42,245 nucleotides of DNA from Myxococcota bacterium (GCA_040752415.1 JBFMGU010000068.1:1-42245); one strand, 5' to 3'. Counted from the stretch's first letter, positions 1-9,004 are shown. Made by a program: numbers and translations. Notes: generated from the letters alone by a model not told the origin.

Positions 1-496
1 TACCGCCGGACTCACCACCGCCCTCGTCGGCACCGGCAATCCCGCCCTCGCTGCCGCCCTCACCGCCGCCGGCGGCCTCCTGACCCTCCTGCGGGTAGAA
101 GCGGATGGTGTTGCCCGGGTAGATCCAGTGCGCGTTCTCGATCTCCGGGTTGTACGACCAGATCTTCGGCCAGTACCACGGGTTCGAGAGGAAGCGGTCG
201 CAGAGGTCCCAGAGCGTGTCGCCGGGCTGCACGGTGTAGCTCTCCGGCGCCGCGCCTCCGCCCTCACCGCCCCCCGCAGCACCCTCCTCGGCGGCGGCCT
301 TGTCGGCGGCGGCCGTGGTGTCGTCGGCGTTTCCGCCGCCAAAGCCGTCATCCTGCTTGGCCGCACCTTCCGCGGAGCCGCCTTCCGCTTGCTCCGCCGC
401 GCCCTGCGCCTTCTTCACCTGCGGCGCCTGCGCGCGCACGGAAGCCGCCAGAGCCAGGAGCGCCGTGGCCAATCCCACCGTCTTGATGAGCCGCAT
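1..496 (-). CDS. Exported LysM peptidoglycan-binding protein, TsaP-like (runs off the window edge)
   Basis: Not in the ORF track because it has no stop in the window. Translated by hand from ATG 496 with GGAG upstream: signal peptide [22 protein letters not shown], acidic Gly/Ala linker, then Lys[48 protein letters not shown], typical of the TsaP family. Confidence 0.85.
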   Translation of the reverse strand, partial: MRLIKTVGLATALLALAASVRAQAPQVKKAQGAAEQAEGGSAEGAAKQDDGFGGGNADDTTAAADKAAAEEGAAGGGEGGGAAPESYTVQPGDTLWDLCDRFLSNPWYWPKIWSYNPEIENAHWIYPGNTIRFYPQEGQEAAGGGEGGSEGGIAGADEGGGESGG

Positions 497-545
497 CTGT
501 TTCACTCCGCGTTGGTCCGGGACACCGGGCCGCAGACCAATCTCA

Positions 546-575
546 AGCTTAGGAACGCTGGGGCCACGCTTTCAA
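546..575 (-). promoter_or_regulatory. Putative sigma70 promoter of the LysM gene
   Basis: Minus strand TTGAAA-18 nt-TAAGCT, 50 nt upstream of the ATG, in an AT-richer intergenic stretch. Confidence 0.45.
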
Positions 576-601
576 ATAATTGGCCCGTGGGATCCCGCCT
601 C

Positions 602-1459
602 TCACTGCTTGTTGAGCCGCGCCAGGCCTTCCCGCGCCGGTCCCGCGGCCTCGGCGGTGGGATACATCTCCACCACCTGCGTCAACATGGCCTTGGCGCT
701 CTCCATGTCACCCACCCGCTGGTAGGCCTCCGCCAGCTGGAAGAGCGCGTCGGGGACCTTGTCGCTCTTGGGGTAGCGCACCGGCACCTTCTGCAGCTCA
801 TTGATGGCCAGCGCCATCTCGCCCTGCTGCAGGTAGCAGACGCCCGTCCAGTACACCGCGTTGTCGGCGAGCGGGTGCTCCGGCCAGCGGTCCGCAACCT
901 CCTCGAAGCCACGCGCCGCCTCGGCGTACTGCCGCGCTTTGAACTTGCGCATGGACAGGTTGTACTGGGTCTTGGGGTCGGTGCGGGCGACCACTTCCTC
1001 TTCCTGCGCCGCCAACGCCTCCGGGCGCGCGTTGCCACCCTCCTCGGCCAGCACCTGGCGGTCCACCGCAACCCGCGGGTTCTCGTCGTCAAGATCGTCC
1101 GCCGCCGGGCTGCCTCCGCGCTGCAGCTCAAACGACTCGAAGCTGTTGGCGGCCTGACGCGGCGCAGGCTGGGGCTGGGGCTGGGGCTGTGCCTGGGGCC
1201 CCACCCGGACCACGCCCAGGTTGGGCCGCGCGCCGGTGCCCTCCTGCGCGGAGCGACTGGCCACCCGCTCGGTCAGCAGCGTGAGGCGCGCGTCCATGTC
1301 GGCGAGCCGACGCTCCATGAGGAGCTGGCGCTCATTCTGTTCCCTGAGGTCCTTCCTGAGCGCCTCCACGTCTTCCTTCTTGGCGGTGTTGCTCGCGCAG
1401 CCCACACCCAGGGCGGCCAGCAGGACCAGGAGGGAGGAAGGAAGCCAACGTTGACGCAT
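602..1459 (-). CDS. cpoB: Tol-Pal-associated CpoB/YbgF-type TPR lipoprotein
   Basis: Start moved to MRQRWL (GGAGG upstream); lipobox LGVGC; N-terminal coiled coil; C-terminal TPRs with HPLADNAVYWTG, YPKSDKVPDALFQLA, YPTAEAA. Confidence 0.8.
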   Translation of the reverse strand: MRQRWLPSSLLVLLAALGVGCASNTAKKEDVEALRKDLREQNERQLLMERRLADMDARLTLLTERVASRSAQEGTGARPNLGVVRVGPQAQPQPQPQPAPRQAANSFESFELQRGGSPAADDLDDENPRVAVDRQVLAEEGGNARPEALAAQEEEVVARTDPKTQYNLSMRKFKARQYAEAARGFEEVADRWPEHPLADNAVYWTGVCYLQQGEMALAINELQKVPVRYPKSDKVPDALFQLAEAYQRVGDMESAKAMLTQVVEMYPTAEAAGPAREGLARLNKQ

Positions 1460-1620
1460 GCTCGTCTTGCCTCCGTCGAACCTACAACACGCTACGCCTG
1501 GGCCGGATCCCCGACAAGAAAATCCCCCGGCCCCGGATGCGCCCAAGGTGCTTTGCCGTTGTGGTGCGTGGCGCCGACAGCCTACGCTCTCGCGCCCTAT
1601 CCACCGGGGATGACGCGCCC

Positions 1621-4458
1621 ATGAAGGCCAGGCTGGAAGGGCTGCTCAACACGCTCTTCAAGATCCGCCCCACCGAGGCGCGCCGCGCCCTGCTGCTGTT
1701 CACCTACCTGCTGGCGGCGGTGGGAGCGTTCATCATCGGTCGGAACGTCCGGGACACGCTGTTCCTCAGCCACTTCACGCGTGAAGTCCTGGTCTACATG
1801 TACATCTCGCAGGCGGTGGTGGTGGCCCTGCCCTCGTGGTTCTACGCCAAGTACACCAACCACTTCCGACGAGACCGCCTCATCACCGTCAGTCTGTTCA
1901 TCATGATGGCGGGCTGCCTGCTGGCCTATCCCGCCGTGCGCACCGGTGAGGGCTGGGTGTTCATTGCCCTCTACAACTGGATCGAGCTCATTGGCGCGCT
2001 GATGATGATCCAGTTCTGGACCTTCGCCTCCGACGTGTTCAGCTCCCGCGAGGCCAAGCGGCTCTTCCCCTTCATCGGCGGCGGCGGGGTGGTGGCCAAC
2101 GTGGTCATTGGCGGTGCCATCATTGCCGCGGTGCGCGCGTTTGGCGTCGAAAGTCTCCTGCTCATGATGGCCGGCCTGCTCGCGCTGTGCATGGCGTGCG
2201 TGAGGGCGCTGGGCAGCAGCGAGGGGACCAAGCTGCAGGAACAGGCGCAGGATCGTCGGAAGGCGGACCAGAAGGCGCTCAAGGTGCGCGACAGCGCGCA
2301 GGGCATCTTCAAGAGCAATCACCTCAAGATCATCGCGCTGATGACGTGCATCACCTTCGTCACGGTGCAGTTCGTGGACTTCCAGTTCAAGAGCGTGACC
2401 CGCGAGACCTTCAAGGGCGAGGCGCTGGCCCAGTTCTATGCGTACTTCACCATCGGCTGCGGTGTGCTGGCGGCCACCGTGCAGTTCGGCCTCTCGGCGC
2501 GCATCCTGGAGCGCTTTGGCGTCATCGTCGCGCTGGCCGTTCTCCCGACGAGCCTGTTGCTCGGCAACGCGTGGGTGCTGGCGGTGGGCGGGCTGTGGGC
2601 GGTGACGTTCACGCAAGGCGCCCAGGCCTCCCTGCGCTACTCCATCTACGACGCCACGGTGCAGGTGCTCTACACGCCGGTCCCCGCCAACGTGCGCGGC
2701 CGCGCCAAGAGCTTCATTGACGGCATCCTCAAGCCCGGCGCCATCGGCGCTTCGGGTTTCCTGATGTGGCTGCTGGGCAACAAGCTGGGCGTGGCGACGG
2801 AAGACCTGGCCTGGGTCTCGCTCATCCTGCTGATGGTGTGGGTCTACCTGGTGCTCACCATCAAGGGCGAGTACGTGCGGGAGCTGCTGGCCACGCTGCG
2901 CAAGCGCCGGCTGAACTTCGACCAGTCCCACCTGGCCATCACCGACGCGCCAACCATTGCGTTCCTCCGTCGGACGCTGGGCAGCACGGAGCCGCGGGAG
3001 GTGCGCAACGCGCTGGAGCTGCTGCCGCGTGTGCACGGGGCCAGCTTCTCCGTCGAGCTGATGGCGCTGCTGGGGCACTCCGAGGCGGACATCCGGGCCA
3101 AGGCGGTGGCACTGCTGGGCGCCAGCGGCACCATCGAGGGTGGGCAGCGGATTGCGGACTGCTTCAAGGATCCCGACGAGGAAGTGCGCGCCGCGGCGGT
3201 GCGGGCGTTCTGCTTCCTGGGTCGGGAGCGCGCCATCACGGTGGTGACGCCGTTCCTGGAGGACCCCAAACCGGCGGTGCGCGCCGCGGCCGTGGCAGGC
3301 CTGATTGTGCACGGTGGCCTGGACGGAATCCTGCGCGCCGCGGAGCCGCTCAAGCGCATGCTGGACCACCCGGAAGCCGGCGTCCGCGACCATGCCGCGC
3401 GCGTTCTCGGCGAAATCCGCGTCCGCAACTTCTACCAGCCCGTCCTGGCGCTCCTCCGCGACGAGAGCGTGCGGGTGCAGATCTCCGCCATCTCCGCCGC
3501 CGGTGAGATGCAGAGCAACGAGCTGGTGCCCGCGCTCGTCTACAAGCTGGCCCACCGCGAAACGGCCCACGCGTGCGTGCGCGCCCTGGCGCGTTACGGC
3601 GAGTCGATTCTCGACGTGCTGGGCAAGGTGCTGGCGGAGGAGTCCGAGGACCTGGCCATCCGTCGGCAGATTCCCAAGGTGCTGGCCGCCCAGGGCTCCC
3701 GACGAGCCTTGGAGCTGCTGCTCGCGCACCTGGAGGTGGAGGACCCCGGTCTGCGTCGGGAGGTGGCGCGGGCGGCGGGGCGCGTGAAGGACCGGCTGTC
3801 CAACATCACCGTGGACCCGCAGCCCGTGGAGAAGATGGTGGCGCGGGAGGTGGAGCAGGCCTTCCAGCTGCTGGCGGCGGTGCAGGACCTGGGCGAGAAG
3901 CCCGACCGTCCCTCCCTGCTCCACGACGCGCTCCTGGAACGCGTGCAATGGACGCAAGACCGCATCTTCAAGATGCTGGCCATCACCTACCCGGCCAAGA
4001 CCATGGAGCTGGTGTTCGGAAATCTCTCGTCGCCGGCGGCGAATGTGCGCGCCAACGCGGTGGAGGTGCTGGACAACATGCTCTCCAAGTCGGTGAAGTG
4101 GGTGCTGCTGCCGCTCGTCGAGGAGGCGCCGTTGGAGCTCAAGCTTCAGCGTGGCGGGGAGCTGTTCCGGCTGGAGCGTCGAACCATCGAGGAGCGCCTG
4201 CGTGAGCTGATGACCGGCCCCGACCCGTGGCTGCGGGTATGCGCGGTGCACGAGGCGGGTGAGCGTCGGCTCGAGTCCTTGACCGGCGAGGTGGGCGCGC
4301 GCCTGACCGACCCCGACCCCGTGGTGCGCGAGACCGCGGTGCGCGCGTTGACCCAGCTGGTCTCCCCCGACGCGCTGCGCGGCAGCCTGGAGCGCTTCAA
4401 GGACGAGCGCGTGGAGTGGGTGCGTCGGTACGCGGACAGCCTGGTGAGCGCGCCCTGA
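1621..4458 (+). CDS. NTT/Npt-like (ATP/ADP translocase-like MFS) membrane domain fused to HEAT repeats
   Basis: About 12 hydrophobic segments with RDTLFLS, QFWTFASDVFSSREAKRLFPFIG, LYTPVP..RGRAKSFID; C-terminal HEAT repeats (DPDEEVRAAAVRA, DPKPAVRAAAVAGL, DPDPVVRETAVRAL); start placed at MKARLEG. Confidence 0.8.
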   Translation: MKARLEGLLNTLFKIRPTEARRALLLFTYLLAAVGAFIIGRNVRDTLFLSHFTREVLVYMYISQAVVVALPSWFYAKYTNHFRRDRLITVSLFIMMAGCLLAYPAVRTGEGWVFIALYNWIELIGALMMIQFWTFASDVFSSREAKRLFPFIGGGGVVANVVIGGAIIAAVRAFGVESLLLMMAGLLALCMACVRALGSSEGTKLQEQAQDRRKADQKALKVRDSAQGIFKSNHLKIIALMTCITFVTVQFVDFQFKSVTRETFKGEALAQFYAYFTIGCGVLAATVQFGLSARILERFGVIVALAVLPTSLLLGNAWVLAVGGLWAVTFTQGAQASLRYSIYDATVQVLYTPVPANVRGRAKSFIDGILKPGAIGASGFLMWLLGNKLGVATEDLAWVSLILLMVWVYLVLTIKGEYVRELLATLRKRRLNFDQSHLAITDAPTIAFLRRTLGSTEPREVRNALELLPRVHGASFSVELMALLGHSEADIRAKAVALLGASGTIEGGQRIADCFKDPDEEVRAAAVRAFCFLGRERAITVVTPFLEDPKPAVRAAAVAGLIVHGGLDGILRAAEPLKRMLDHPEAGVRDHAARVLGEIRVRNFYQPVLALLRDESVRVQISAISAAGEMQSNELVPALVYKLAHRETAHACVRALARYGESILDVLGKVLAEESEDLAIRRQIPKVLAAQGSRRALELLLAHLEVEDPGLRREVARAAGRVKDRLSNITVDPQPVEKMVAREVEQAFQLLAAVQDLGEKPDRPSLLHDALLERVQWTQDRIFKMLAITYPAKTMELVFGNLSSPAANVRANAVEVLDNMLSKSVKWVLLPLVEEAPLELKLQRGGELFRLERRTIEERLRELMTGPDPWLRVCAVHEAGERRLESLTGEVGARLTDPDPVVRETAVRALTQLVSPDALRGSLERFKDERVEWVRRYADSLVSAP

Positions 4459-4488
4459 GCTGCCACCTGCGCTAGCTTGTGAGCGCCG

Positions 4489-5490
4489 ATGGGTCCGCTG
4501 TTGGTTCTCTTCACCTGCGCCGGCGTGCTGAGCGCCGTGCCTCCGCTGGCCGCGCCCACCGCGCTGGTAACGCGTGGTGACGACGTGGACAAGGTGGAGA
4601 GCCACCTGCGCGCTGCCATGGAGCAGCACACCGGGCTCATCCCCGCCGCGGACACGCAGTTGGGCCTGGACCAGGTGCTGCAGGCGGGCTGGTCCTGCGA
4701 CGGCGCTCCCGCGTGCGTGGCGCAGCTGGGTCCCGCGCTGGGCGCGCGCACCATCCTGTTTGCCGCGGTGCTGAGGTCGAACACCGGGTGGGAGCTGCTG
4801 GTCACGGTCGTCGACGTGGCCGAGGCTCGCGAGCTCCGTCGCGTGGAGGCCAGCCTGCCCAGGGATCCCGCCAGCTGGAAGGGTCCCCTCACGCGCGTGT
4901 CCCGTGCGGTGCTGGGCCTGGGCGGGGAGCTGCTCGTCGACGGGCTCACCGCGGGCGCCCAGGTCCAGGTTGGCGACGAGACCCTGGTGGCAACGGGGCC
5001 CCACGTGCGGGTTGCGGGGCTCATGCCGGGCCATCTCCGGGTGCGCGTGGTGCAAAGCGGAACGACCGAGGACCGCGAGGTGCTGTTGCATGCGGGTGTG
5101 GTGACGACGTTGGACCTGACGCCAGTGGCCGCCCCGCCGACGACGGAGCGCGCCAGCCGGCGGTCGCCGCGACGGATGATGGCCGGGGCGGTGGCAGCCG
5201 CGGCCGCGGTGGCGCTGGGTGCGGGTGTGGTGTTGGGCGTCGTGGGGAGTGGGATGGCGCTCGCCGCGCTGGGGGCGCTGGGTACGCTGACCCGCCAAGG
5301 TGACGGTCGCATCGTGGCGCGCGACGGAGAGACCAGGGAGCAGATCATGCTGCAGCGCAACGTGGGCATTGGCCTGGGTGCGGGCGCGGCGGCGTTGACG
5401 ACGGCGGGACTGGGGCTGGTGCTCGTGGCCGGTGGCGCCGTGGTGGCCGCTGCCGCGGGGCTGGCCATCCCGGAAGGAGCGGGCACATGA
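4489..5490 (+). CDS. Hypothetical exported/membrane protein with PEGA-like beta segment and Gly/Ala-rich hydrophobic C-terminus
   Basis: N-terminal hydrophobic signal; GAQVQVGD...LMPGHLRVRV segment; two long hydrophobic C-terminal stretches; stop overlaps next start (ATGA). Confidence 0.6.
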   Translation: MGPLLVLFTCAGVLSAVPPLAAPTALVTRGDDVDKVESHLRAAMEQHTGLIPAADTQLGLDQVLQAGWSCDGAPACVAQLGPALGARTILFAAVLRSNTGWELLVTVVDVAEARELRRVEASLPRDPASWKGPLTRVSRAVLGLGGELLVDGLTAGAQVQVGDETLVATGPHVRVAGLMPGHLRVRVVQSGTTEDREVLLHAGVVTTLDLTPVAAPPTTERASRRSPRRMMAGAVAAAAAVALGAGVVLGVVGSGMALAALGALGTLTRQGDGRIVARDGETREQIMLQRNVGIGLGAGAAALTTAGLGLVLVAGGAVVAAAAGLAIPEGAGT

Positions 5491-6935
5491 GGGCGCGGTC
5501 GACGCTCCTGGCGGTCGTGCCGCTCCTCCACGCCTGCAACTGGCTCAGCGTGGCGGAGTGCAGCTCCGGCGCCGAGTGCGAGTCGGGAATCTGCCGTGAC
5601 GACGGAATCTGCGCCGCTCCCGGGAGCACCCCACCCGGCACCGCCAGCACCAGCGCCTCCTCCTCGTCGTCGTCCAGCACGGGCGGGACCAGCTCGTCCA
5701 GCAGCGTCTCCTCGTCGTCATCCTCGTCGTCCAGCGCGTCATCCTCCTCGAGCAGCGGGTCCACCACGTCGTCGCCGAGCAGCGCCAGCACGTCGTCGGG
5801 CAGCGCCACCACCTCTTCGAGCACCTCCTCGTCGACGAGCTCCACCAGCTCCACCGGTGGACCGGTCACGTTCAGCTACGCGCCGCTCAACGTGGTGCCC
5901 GACCAGCTCCCATCCCCTCCCGCGGACGCCACTGTCCTGGACTGCGGTGAGGTCCGCATCGACTCCTCCGACGTCGCAGCCCTGCCCTCCACGTGGTGCG
6001 GTCGCCCGGCGCCGAGCCCCAGCGTGGTGGTCCAGCAAGGAAACGTGGAGGCGCTGGTGCTCACCTTCACGGGACTGCACGTCGCCCAGGGGAGCACGTT
6101 GCGCCTGGAGGGGACGCGGCCCGTCATCCTCGCCGTCTTCGGCAACGCGCGGGTCGACGGAGAAATCCGCGCGGACGCCAACCTCACCGCGCAAGGCGCC
6201 GGGGGGTCCCACGTCGTGTGCGGGGCCGGTGCAGGCACGCAGAGCAACGCGGGTCGGGGCGGCGGCGGTGGCGGAGGAGGATTCGGCTCCGACGGAGCGC
6301 GCGGCGGCGGCGGCGACGGACAGGTCAACTCCGGCGGCGCCCAGGGCGTGGCGAGCACGGACGCGTTGCTGGAGCCGCTGCGTGGTGGATGCCAGGGCGG
6401 CCGCGGCGACAGCGGTGGACAGGGCGCAGGTGGTATGGGCGGCGCGGGCGGTGGCGCGGTGCAGCTCTCGGCGGCGCGTGACGTCGTGGTGGGCGGGATC
6501 ATCTCAGCGGCGGGCGGAGGCGGCCTCGGCGGGCGCATCTCGCGTTCCGGCGGTGGCGGCGGGGGAAGTGGCGGCGGGATCGTCGTCGAGGGGACGTCCG
6601 TCTCGTTGCTGACTGGCGCGCGCGTGGTGGCGCACGGCGGCGGTGGTGGCGGCGGCTCCGGCGACGGAGGTCAGCTCAACGGCGGTGACGGCGAGAACGG
6701 CCGCACCGACGACACCGCCGCCACGGGCGGCGACCGCGGAGCCAGCATTGCCACGCGCGGAGGCACGGGAGCCACGGGAGCGTTGGCCGCCACCTCGCCG
6801 GGGTCCACCGCCAGCAACAAGGGTGGAGGAGGCGGTGGCGGCGGAGGTGTGGGTCGCATCCGCGTGCGCGGAGCGGTGACCTGCCAGGTTGACGACGGAG
6901 TCTTGAGCCCGGCGATCACACCGGAGTGCCCGTAG
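5487..6935 (+). CDS. Ser/Gly-rich surface lipoprotein
   Basis: Lipobox-like LHAC; small Cys motif CSSGAECESGIC..C; poly-Ser linker; GGGGGG/GGGSGG repeats; terminal GRIRV motif typical of Gly-rich repeat proteins. Confidence 0.75.
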   Translation: MRARSTLLAVVPLLHACNWLSVAECSSGAECESGICRDDGICAAPGSTPPGTASTSASSSSSSSTGGTSSSSSVSSSSSSSSSASSSSSSGSTTSSPSSASTSSGSATTSSSTSSSTSSTSSTGGPVTFSYAPLNVVPDQLPSPPADATVLDCGEVRIDSSDVAALPSTWCGRPAPSPSVVVQQGNVEALVLTFTGLHVAQGSTLRLEGTRPVILAVFGNARVDGEIRADANLTAQGAGGSHVVCGAGAGTQSNAGRGGGGGGGGFGSDGARGGGGDGQVNSGGAQGVASTDALLEPLRGGCQGGRGDSGGQGAGGMGGAGGGAVQLSAARDVVVGGIISAAGGGGLGGRISRSGGGGGGSGGGIVVEGTSVSLLTGARVVAHGGGGGGGSGDGGQLNGGDGENGRTDDTAATGGDRGASIATRGGTGATGALAATSPGSTASNKGGGGGGGGGVGRIRVRGAVTCQVDDGVLSPAITPECP

Positions 6936-6936
6936 C

Positions 6937-7434
6937 TCAGGGCTTCATGCTGCAGAGGCCCTGCTCCGCGCGGCTCAGTCGCCGGCAGACCTCACGGGCC
7001 AGGTTCATCACGATCAGCGCGTAGGCGCGCATGTTGACCTGGTAGAGCTGGCGGAGCGCCGCATAGGGGATGGCGTACACCACGCTCTCCTCACTGGCGA
7101 CGACGGAGGCCCCGCGCGGCTGCATGTCCAGGAAGCTGACCTCCCCAAAGAAATCCCCGGGCTCCAGGCCCGCCAGCTTCTTTCCGTCCCGGAACACGTC
7201 GAGATGGCCGTGGGCCAGGATGTAGAGCTCTCGCGCGGTGTCACCCTGGCTGTACAACCGTTCATGACCGTGCAGCTGGCGGATCTGCATCCGGTCCGTC
7301 ATCACGCAGCGGCACTCGTCCGTCATGCCCCCGAACAGTGGCGTGCGCGCGATGACGTCCGGATCAAAGGCCGAACACGGCGCCGGCGCGTCAACCTGGG
7401 TCGTCTGCTGTGACGTCGAGGGTGCGGTGTTCAT
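6937..7434 (-). CDS. Stand-alone cyclic nucleotide-binding domain protein (CRP-like, no HTH)
   Basis: LYSQGD..ELYILAHG, GDFFGEVSFLDMQPRGASVVA phosphate-binding cassette. ATG 7434 is better spaced from GGAG than ATG 7440. Confidence 0.85.
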   Translation of the reverse strand: MNTAPSTSQQTTQVDAPAPCSAFDPDVIARTPLFGGMTDECRCVMTDRMQIRQLHGHERLYSQGDTARELYILAHGHLDVFRDGKKLAGLEPGDFFGEVSFLDMQPRGASVVASEESVVYAIPYAALRQLYQVNMRAYALIVMNLAREVCRRLSRAEQGLCSMKP

Positions 7435-7509
7435 GACCATCTCCGTTCCCCAATGTGCTGCCGCCCCCCGGCCCTGACAACCCCCGTCCCAACGTGATCC
7501 CGGCCTCCA

Positions 7510-8130
7510 TCATCGACCCGGACGCCCCAACGCCGCAAGGAATTCCTGCCGCTGCGCCACCACCGCCGGGCCGTCTCCGGTCAAGCACCCGGCAAAGGCC
7601 TGGGTGACCACGCGCTCGTCGCCACGGCGGTCTTCCCCCAGCAACAGGCAGAGCTGCTCCGCTTCCACCTGGCAAGCCGCACCGGCAGCCATGCCGTGCC
7701 GCATGAGGGCATCCACCACGTCGCGGGTGAACCACTCCTGGTACGTGAGCCGGTGGCTGAGCGCGTCCACCAACCGCGCCACCCGACCAAACCCGTGCAG
7801 CCGACCACCCGGCACGTACGCCACGTGCGCCACGCCGCGGAACGGCACCAGGTGGTGCGGACACACGCCGTGCACGGCAATGCCGCGGATGACCACCATG
7901 TCCTTGCGCTCGTCGGAGAAGCCCGCGCCCAGGGCCTCGGCGATGTCGACGTCATAGCCGCCGAGCAGGCGCCGCTCCCACAGCTCCCGCACGCGCTCCG
8001 CCGTCCGTCCCAGGTGCGCGCCTTCCGCGCGGAATCCCGCCGCCGCCAGCAGCTCCCGCACCGCCGCCTCGAAGCGGGGCGCGTCAAAGCTGCCGGTGCG
8101 CTCAATGCCAACCTGCGGGTGCGGAATCAC
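7510..8130 (-). CDS. folE: GTP cyclohydrolase I (FolE) family protein, divergent
   Basis: RTAERV, DMVVIRGI..CPHHLVPFRGVAHVAYVP, RLTYQE, EAEQLC; GTG start 8130 preceded by GGAGGA. Confidence 0.75.
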   Translation of the reverse strand: MIPHPQVGIERTGSFDAPRFEAAVRELLAAAGFRAEGAHLGRTAERVRELWERRLLGGYDVDIAEALGAGFSDERKDMVVIRGIAVHGVCPHHLVPFRGVAHVAYVPGGRLHGFGRVARLVDALSHRLTYQEWFTRDVVDALMRHGMAAGAACQVEAEQLCLLLGEDRRGDERVVTQAFAGCLTGDGPAVVAQRQEFLAALGRPGR

Positions 8131-8264
8131 GCATCCTCCGACGGAACCACGCCCCCCGCCCGCGGCCCGCGGTGCTTCTACCGTCGCGTTTCGTCCACCA
8201 CAACACGAGGGTGGCGCTCCCGCCGGCGCTCTGCCAGCATGCGGTCCCACAAGGAGGGACGACG

Positions 8265-8693
8265 ATGCTGCGTGTGCTGCTCTTGAGCCTGGCCCTGGGT
8301 GCCCAGGTTCCCGACGCCGAGCTGGAGGCACTGGAAGCCGAGATTGCCCGTCTGGAAGGTGAGCGCGCCGGTGCGCGGACCTTCGCCGACAACGCCAAGC
8401 GTGCGGAGATCGACAAGAAGATCGCGCTGCTCAAGCGCATCCGCGACCGCGCCTCGTCGGTGATGGCGGCCCGCGCCCGCCTATGCGCGAACAAGACGCA
8501 AGGCCCGCAAGCGCAACCAGGTGTTCCCGCCGCCGTCTGCGCCAACGCGGGGGCGGGGGTGGTGGGCCAGGTGCGTCGCGCGGAGGAGCTGCGGGAGCGG
8601 CTGCAGAGCGGTGACTGGGGCTGGCACAACCGCGACGAGCGCGCCGCCCTCCAGAAAGAGCTGGAGACCCTGGACCGCTCCCTGGGCCTCTGA
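8265..8693 (+). CDS. Hypothetical exported coiled-coil protein
   Basis: Strong AAGGAGG RBS before ATG 8265; signal-like MLRVLLLSLALGA; helical, two Cys. Confidence 0.7.
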   Translation: MLRVLLLSLALGAQVPDAELEALEAEIARLEGERAGARTFADNAKRAEIDKKIALLKRIRDRASSVMAARARLCANKTQGPQAQPGVPAAVCANAGAGVVGQVRRAEELRERLQSGDWGWHNRDERAALQKELETLDRSLGL

Positions 8694-8715
8694 AGGGGCC
8701 GGATACGCCAGGAGT

Positions 8716-8778
8716 AAGGAAGTCAGAAGTCAGAAGGTGCTCGCTCTTCGTCGTCACGGGCCTCCGTCTGACTTCCTT
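8716..8778. repeat. 12-bp inverted repeat with a tandem heptamer
   Basis: AAGGAAGTCAGA (8716-8727) / TCTGACTTCCTT (8767-8778); left arm extends as GAAGTCA-GAAGTCA-GAAG. Confidence 0.6.
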
Positions 8779-8881
8779 TGCGGAACATCCCGACAACCCA
8801 CGACGCAACACCCAACCGCACGGCTTCCCGGATCCCCACAAACCGGTGGTCAAGCCTGCGCCAACCTGCTACCTGCCAAAT

Positions 8882-8903
8882 CTGACGTGCACGTAAAGGT
8901 CAG
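8882..8903. promoter_or_regulatory. Palindromic operator O1 (MerR-type)
   Basis: CTGACGTGCACGTAAAGGTCAG, 19/22 match to the perfect palindrome CTGACCTTTACGTAAAGGTCAG. Confidence 0.65.
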
Positions 8904-8906
8904 GGA

Positions 8907-8935
8907 TTGACTCCCTGGACGGCCTTGCTTATATG
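8907..8935 (+). promoter_or_regulatory. Putative sigma70 promoter of the merR-isc operon
   Basis: TTGACT-17 nt-TATATG, lying between O1 and O2; -10 imperfect. Confidence 0.5.
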
Positions 8936-8938
8936 GGC

Positions 8939-8960
8939 CTCACCTTTACGTAAGGGTCAG
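8939..8960. promoter_or_regulatory. Palindromic operator O2 (MerR-type)
   Basis: CTCACCTTTACGTAAGGGTCAG, 20/22 match to the same palindrome; overlaps the predicted transcription start. Confidence 0.7.
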
Positions 8961-9004
8961 ATTTCCGCCACAGGCAGCGCTGGCGGTGGGCGGGGCGAGA
9001 CGGC

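Noticed and set aside
1165..1198. GGCTGG hexamer repeat
   Set aside because: In-frame Gln-Pro linker in CpoB; short, with no sign of phase variation
128..1624. 498-aa plus-strand ORF
   Set aside because: Antisense to cpoB and the LysM gene, both of which have clear motifs
1597..5298. 1233-aa minus-strand ORF
   Set aside because: Shadow of the NTT-HEAT gene; His/Arg/Gln-rich, non-protein-like composition
5655..5855. TCG/TCC/AGC repetitive tract
   Set aside because: Encodes a poly-Ser linker; no repeat-spacer periodicity, so not CRISPR
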